Assembly (NCBI RefSeq): GCF_006345805.1
Contig: NW_021832548.1
Coordinates: 9,055 to 73,054 of the forward strand
Source of the DNA: Octopus sinensis
Lineage: Eukaryota
Direction of reading: 5' to 3'
Length of the DNA: 64,000 nucleotides
Shown here: positions 62,378 through 64,000 of the stretch, in pieces
Numbering within the stretch: position 1 is the stretch's first letter
Layout of the letters: every line of letters starts with the position of its first letter
Notes under the pieces: model-generated
What the model saw: only the letters and a program-made list of their open reading frames with translations
Told to the model about the DNA's origin: nothing
Database searches by the model: none
Made by a program: the position numbers and the translations under genes

Positions 62378-63243
62378 CTTTAGACTATTGAAATTTCTCA
62401 CATAATCAGTAGCGTGCCCCTTGGGAGCACAAAAATTAGATACAACCGTACGCACACACTCACACCAGCCAGTACATGGAATGCATGTCACTTCACATAA
62501 TGTACACACTGACACACAGAAGTCAACATAATTTTCAGCTAACCCACTCACACACTAGCATCCATTCTCATAAACACATTCACAGTCACCGTCCTCCCAA
62601 ACACACATACGCTTGTGCACCTAAGCTCCTTGCATATTACCGTTATCGTTATGATTATTATCTCACTTTCATTCAACCTCTATTTTCCGGTCATCTCGCC
62701 ATGTTGGACAATTTTTCTCTGCACTTCCTTTTCTTACCCAATTTTCTTTATTCTTTCACAGTTTTCTTCATTCTCTCTCCGTTTTTTTTCCTCTTAATCC
62801 TTTTTGTCAAAAAGCATAGGCTCGAGACATAAAAAATTTTGCTTTCATCCCGAGCGTTAAAATAATACACCTGCTGTCTTCCTCTTCTGTTATATATATA
62901 TATATATATATGATATATATATATATGATATTAGCCGGTGTTTTTGAAACGATGGATAGCTTTGGGTAAACCATGGATCGTTTTGTTCTCTTACTTTGTT
63001 ATCATCTTATAATCATCTCATAATAATGACTTTTATGACTCGTATTACTACCCCAGTCAATCTAAATGTATATATTTGTCGTTACCTGTCATAAATAGCC
63101 TTTTTTTATTTGCAATGTGCATTTTCGTTGATTTTTCATATTTTACCCTTACATTTCTACGTGTATTTTATATTTTATTTTTATAACATATTTCTACTAT
63201 ATATATATATTAATCAAAATAAAATCATGATGCCAAGGATTCA

Positions 63244-63321
63244 GCGGTACATATGTTTCGGGCCTTTATTAGACGGATTTATAACAATGCATAATATGTG
63301 TCTATGGCCTTCTTCAGCCGC
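63244..63321 (-). ncRNA. Type I hammerhead ribozyme
   Basis: GCGG-CTGAAGA-AGGCC(ATAGAC..GTCTA)GGCCC-GAAA-C-ATAT-GTA-CCGC on the minus strand. Confidence 0.68.
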
Positions 63322-63497
63322 GCACAATTACTACTTCAAGGACATGTATTACATCAAAAATTCTACGTTGGGGATGCAAATCCTCTCAGTCGCGTACGAC
63401 ATAATGCGGCACAAGCACAAAAATGAAGCGTCCATCCCGTCTTTCTCTCAATGTAGATGATTATAATCAAAATAAGCAACAAGGATATCCAAGGTAG

Positions 63498-63585
63498 TGT
63501 AGTACAATCGTTTCATGCTACTTCATTTTATTAAACATTGTAAGTATTATGTCAGTTGTTAAATGTCGAGCAATCATCAGCCACA
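63498..63585 (-). ncRNA. Type I hammerhead ribozyme motif (copy C)
   Basis: TGTGG-CTGATGA-TTGCT..AGCAT-GAAA-C-GATT-GTA-CTACA on the minus strand. Confidence 0.58.
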
Positions 63586-64000
63586 TATAGAAGTTTTATT
63601 TAAATTAAATGGACAATGTACATATTTATACTTATTTCATTTGCCAACATTACAAAGAGGGTAGATATATTGACAGAGAGGTTAATTTCATCATCTTTAA
63701 AAAAATTCCTTTATAAGGAGTGACGTCAAAATGGTTGGATGTAGAAGATTCTAGAATGTTCTAAAGGTTTAAGGGTTCAAACGAAGTAGGAGAAGAGAGG
63801 CATAAGAATAGGAAGGTGAAAGGGTGCAGTTCAAATGAATGGTGAATTTTCTTTTGTGAATGAGTGTCTGTGTGTGTGACTATATATAACGGCATTAATG
63901 TGTGTGTGTGTGTGTGCGTGATTGTGTTTTTGGATGGGTGGGTGTCAGAAAAGAGACAGTGGTGAGGTGAACGATTTGTGTCTCTGTGTATGATTGTGCT

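Larger units (their letters stand above)
57275..63690 (+). repeat. Segmental duplication copy C
   Basis: Collinear with 24770-33650, apart from copy-specific insertions. Confidence 0.92.

Overview
AT-rich, microsatellite-dense animal genomic DNA. The SINE, MITE and Helitron families look like those of octopod cephalopods; this is an inference and no database was searched. Almost all ORF-track entries are microsatellite or antisense noise. Four layers are supported by the sequence. (1) A spliced + strand gene for a two-immunoglobulin-domain cell-surface protein: exons 42431-42765, 44337-44641, 52067-52099, 53321-53438 and a 3'UTR exon from 54838. It ends in a hydrophobic, GPI-signal-like tail. 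The same terminal exons of a second paralogue lie at 7823-7938 and 11385 onward, so the window looks like part of a tandem Ig-gene array. The Ig1 exon has a 1-nt frameshift and its junction with Ig2 is out of phase, indicating either a pseudogene or assembly indels. (2) A TE-mosaic spacer present three times: about 1-6797 inverted, about 24770-39980, and about 57275-63690. Comparing the copies reveals empty sites for many insertions. (3) Many Penelope-like element (PLE) fragments, several inserted in (TA)n tracts and bounded by inverted copies of their own 3' ends. They come with at least eight type I hammerhead ribozyme motifs that have palindromic, dimer-type stem III, plus several perfect or near-perfect palindromes. 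(4) Other TEs: an RTE LINE with three C-terminal C2H2 fingers, a near-intact CR1-type LINE sharing its 3' end with the commonest SINE, Tx1/L1-type fragments, a mariner, Helitrons joined head-to-tail, and hAT-, Merlin-, piggyBac- and Tigger-like MITEs.
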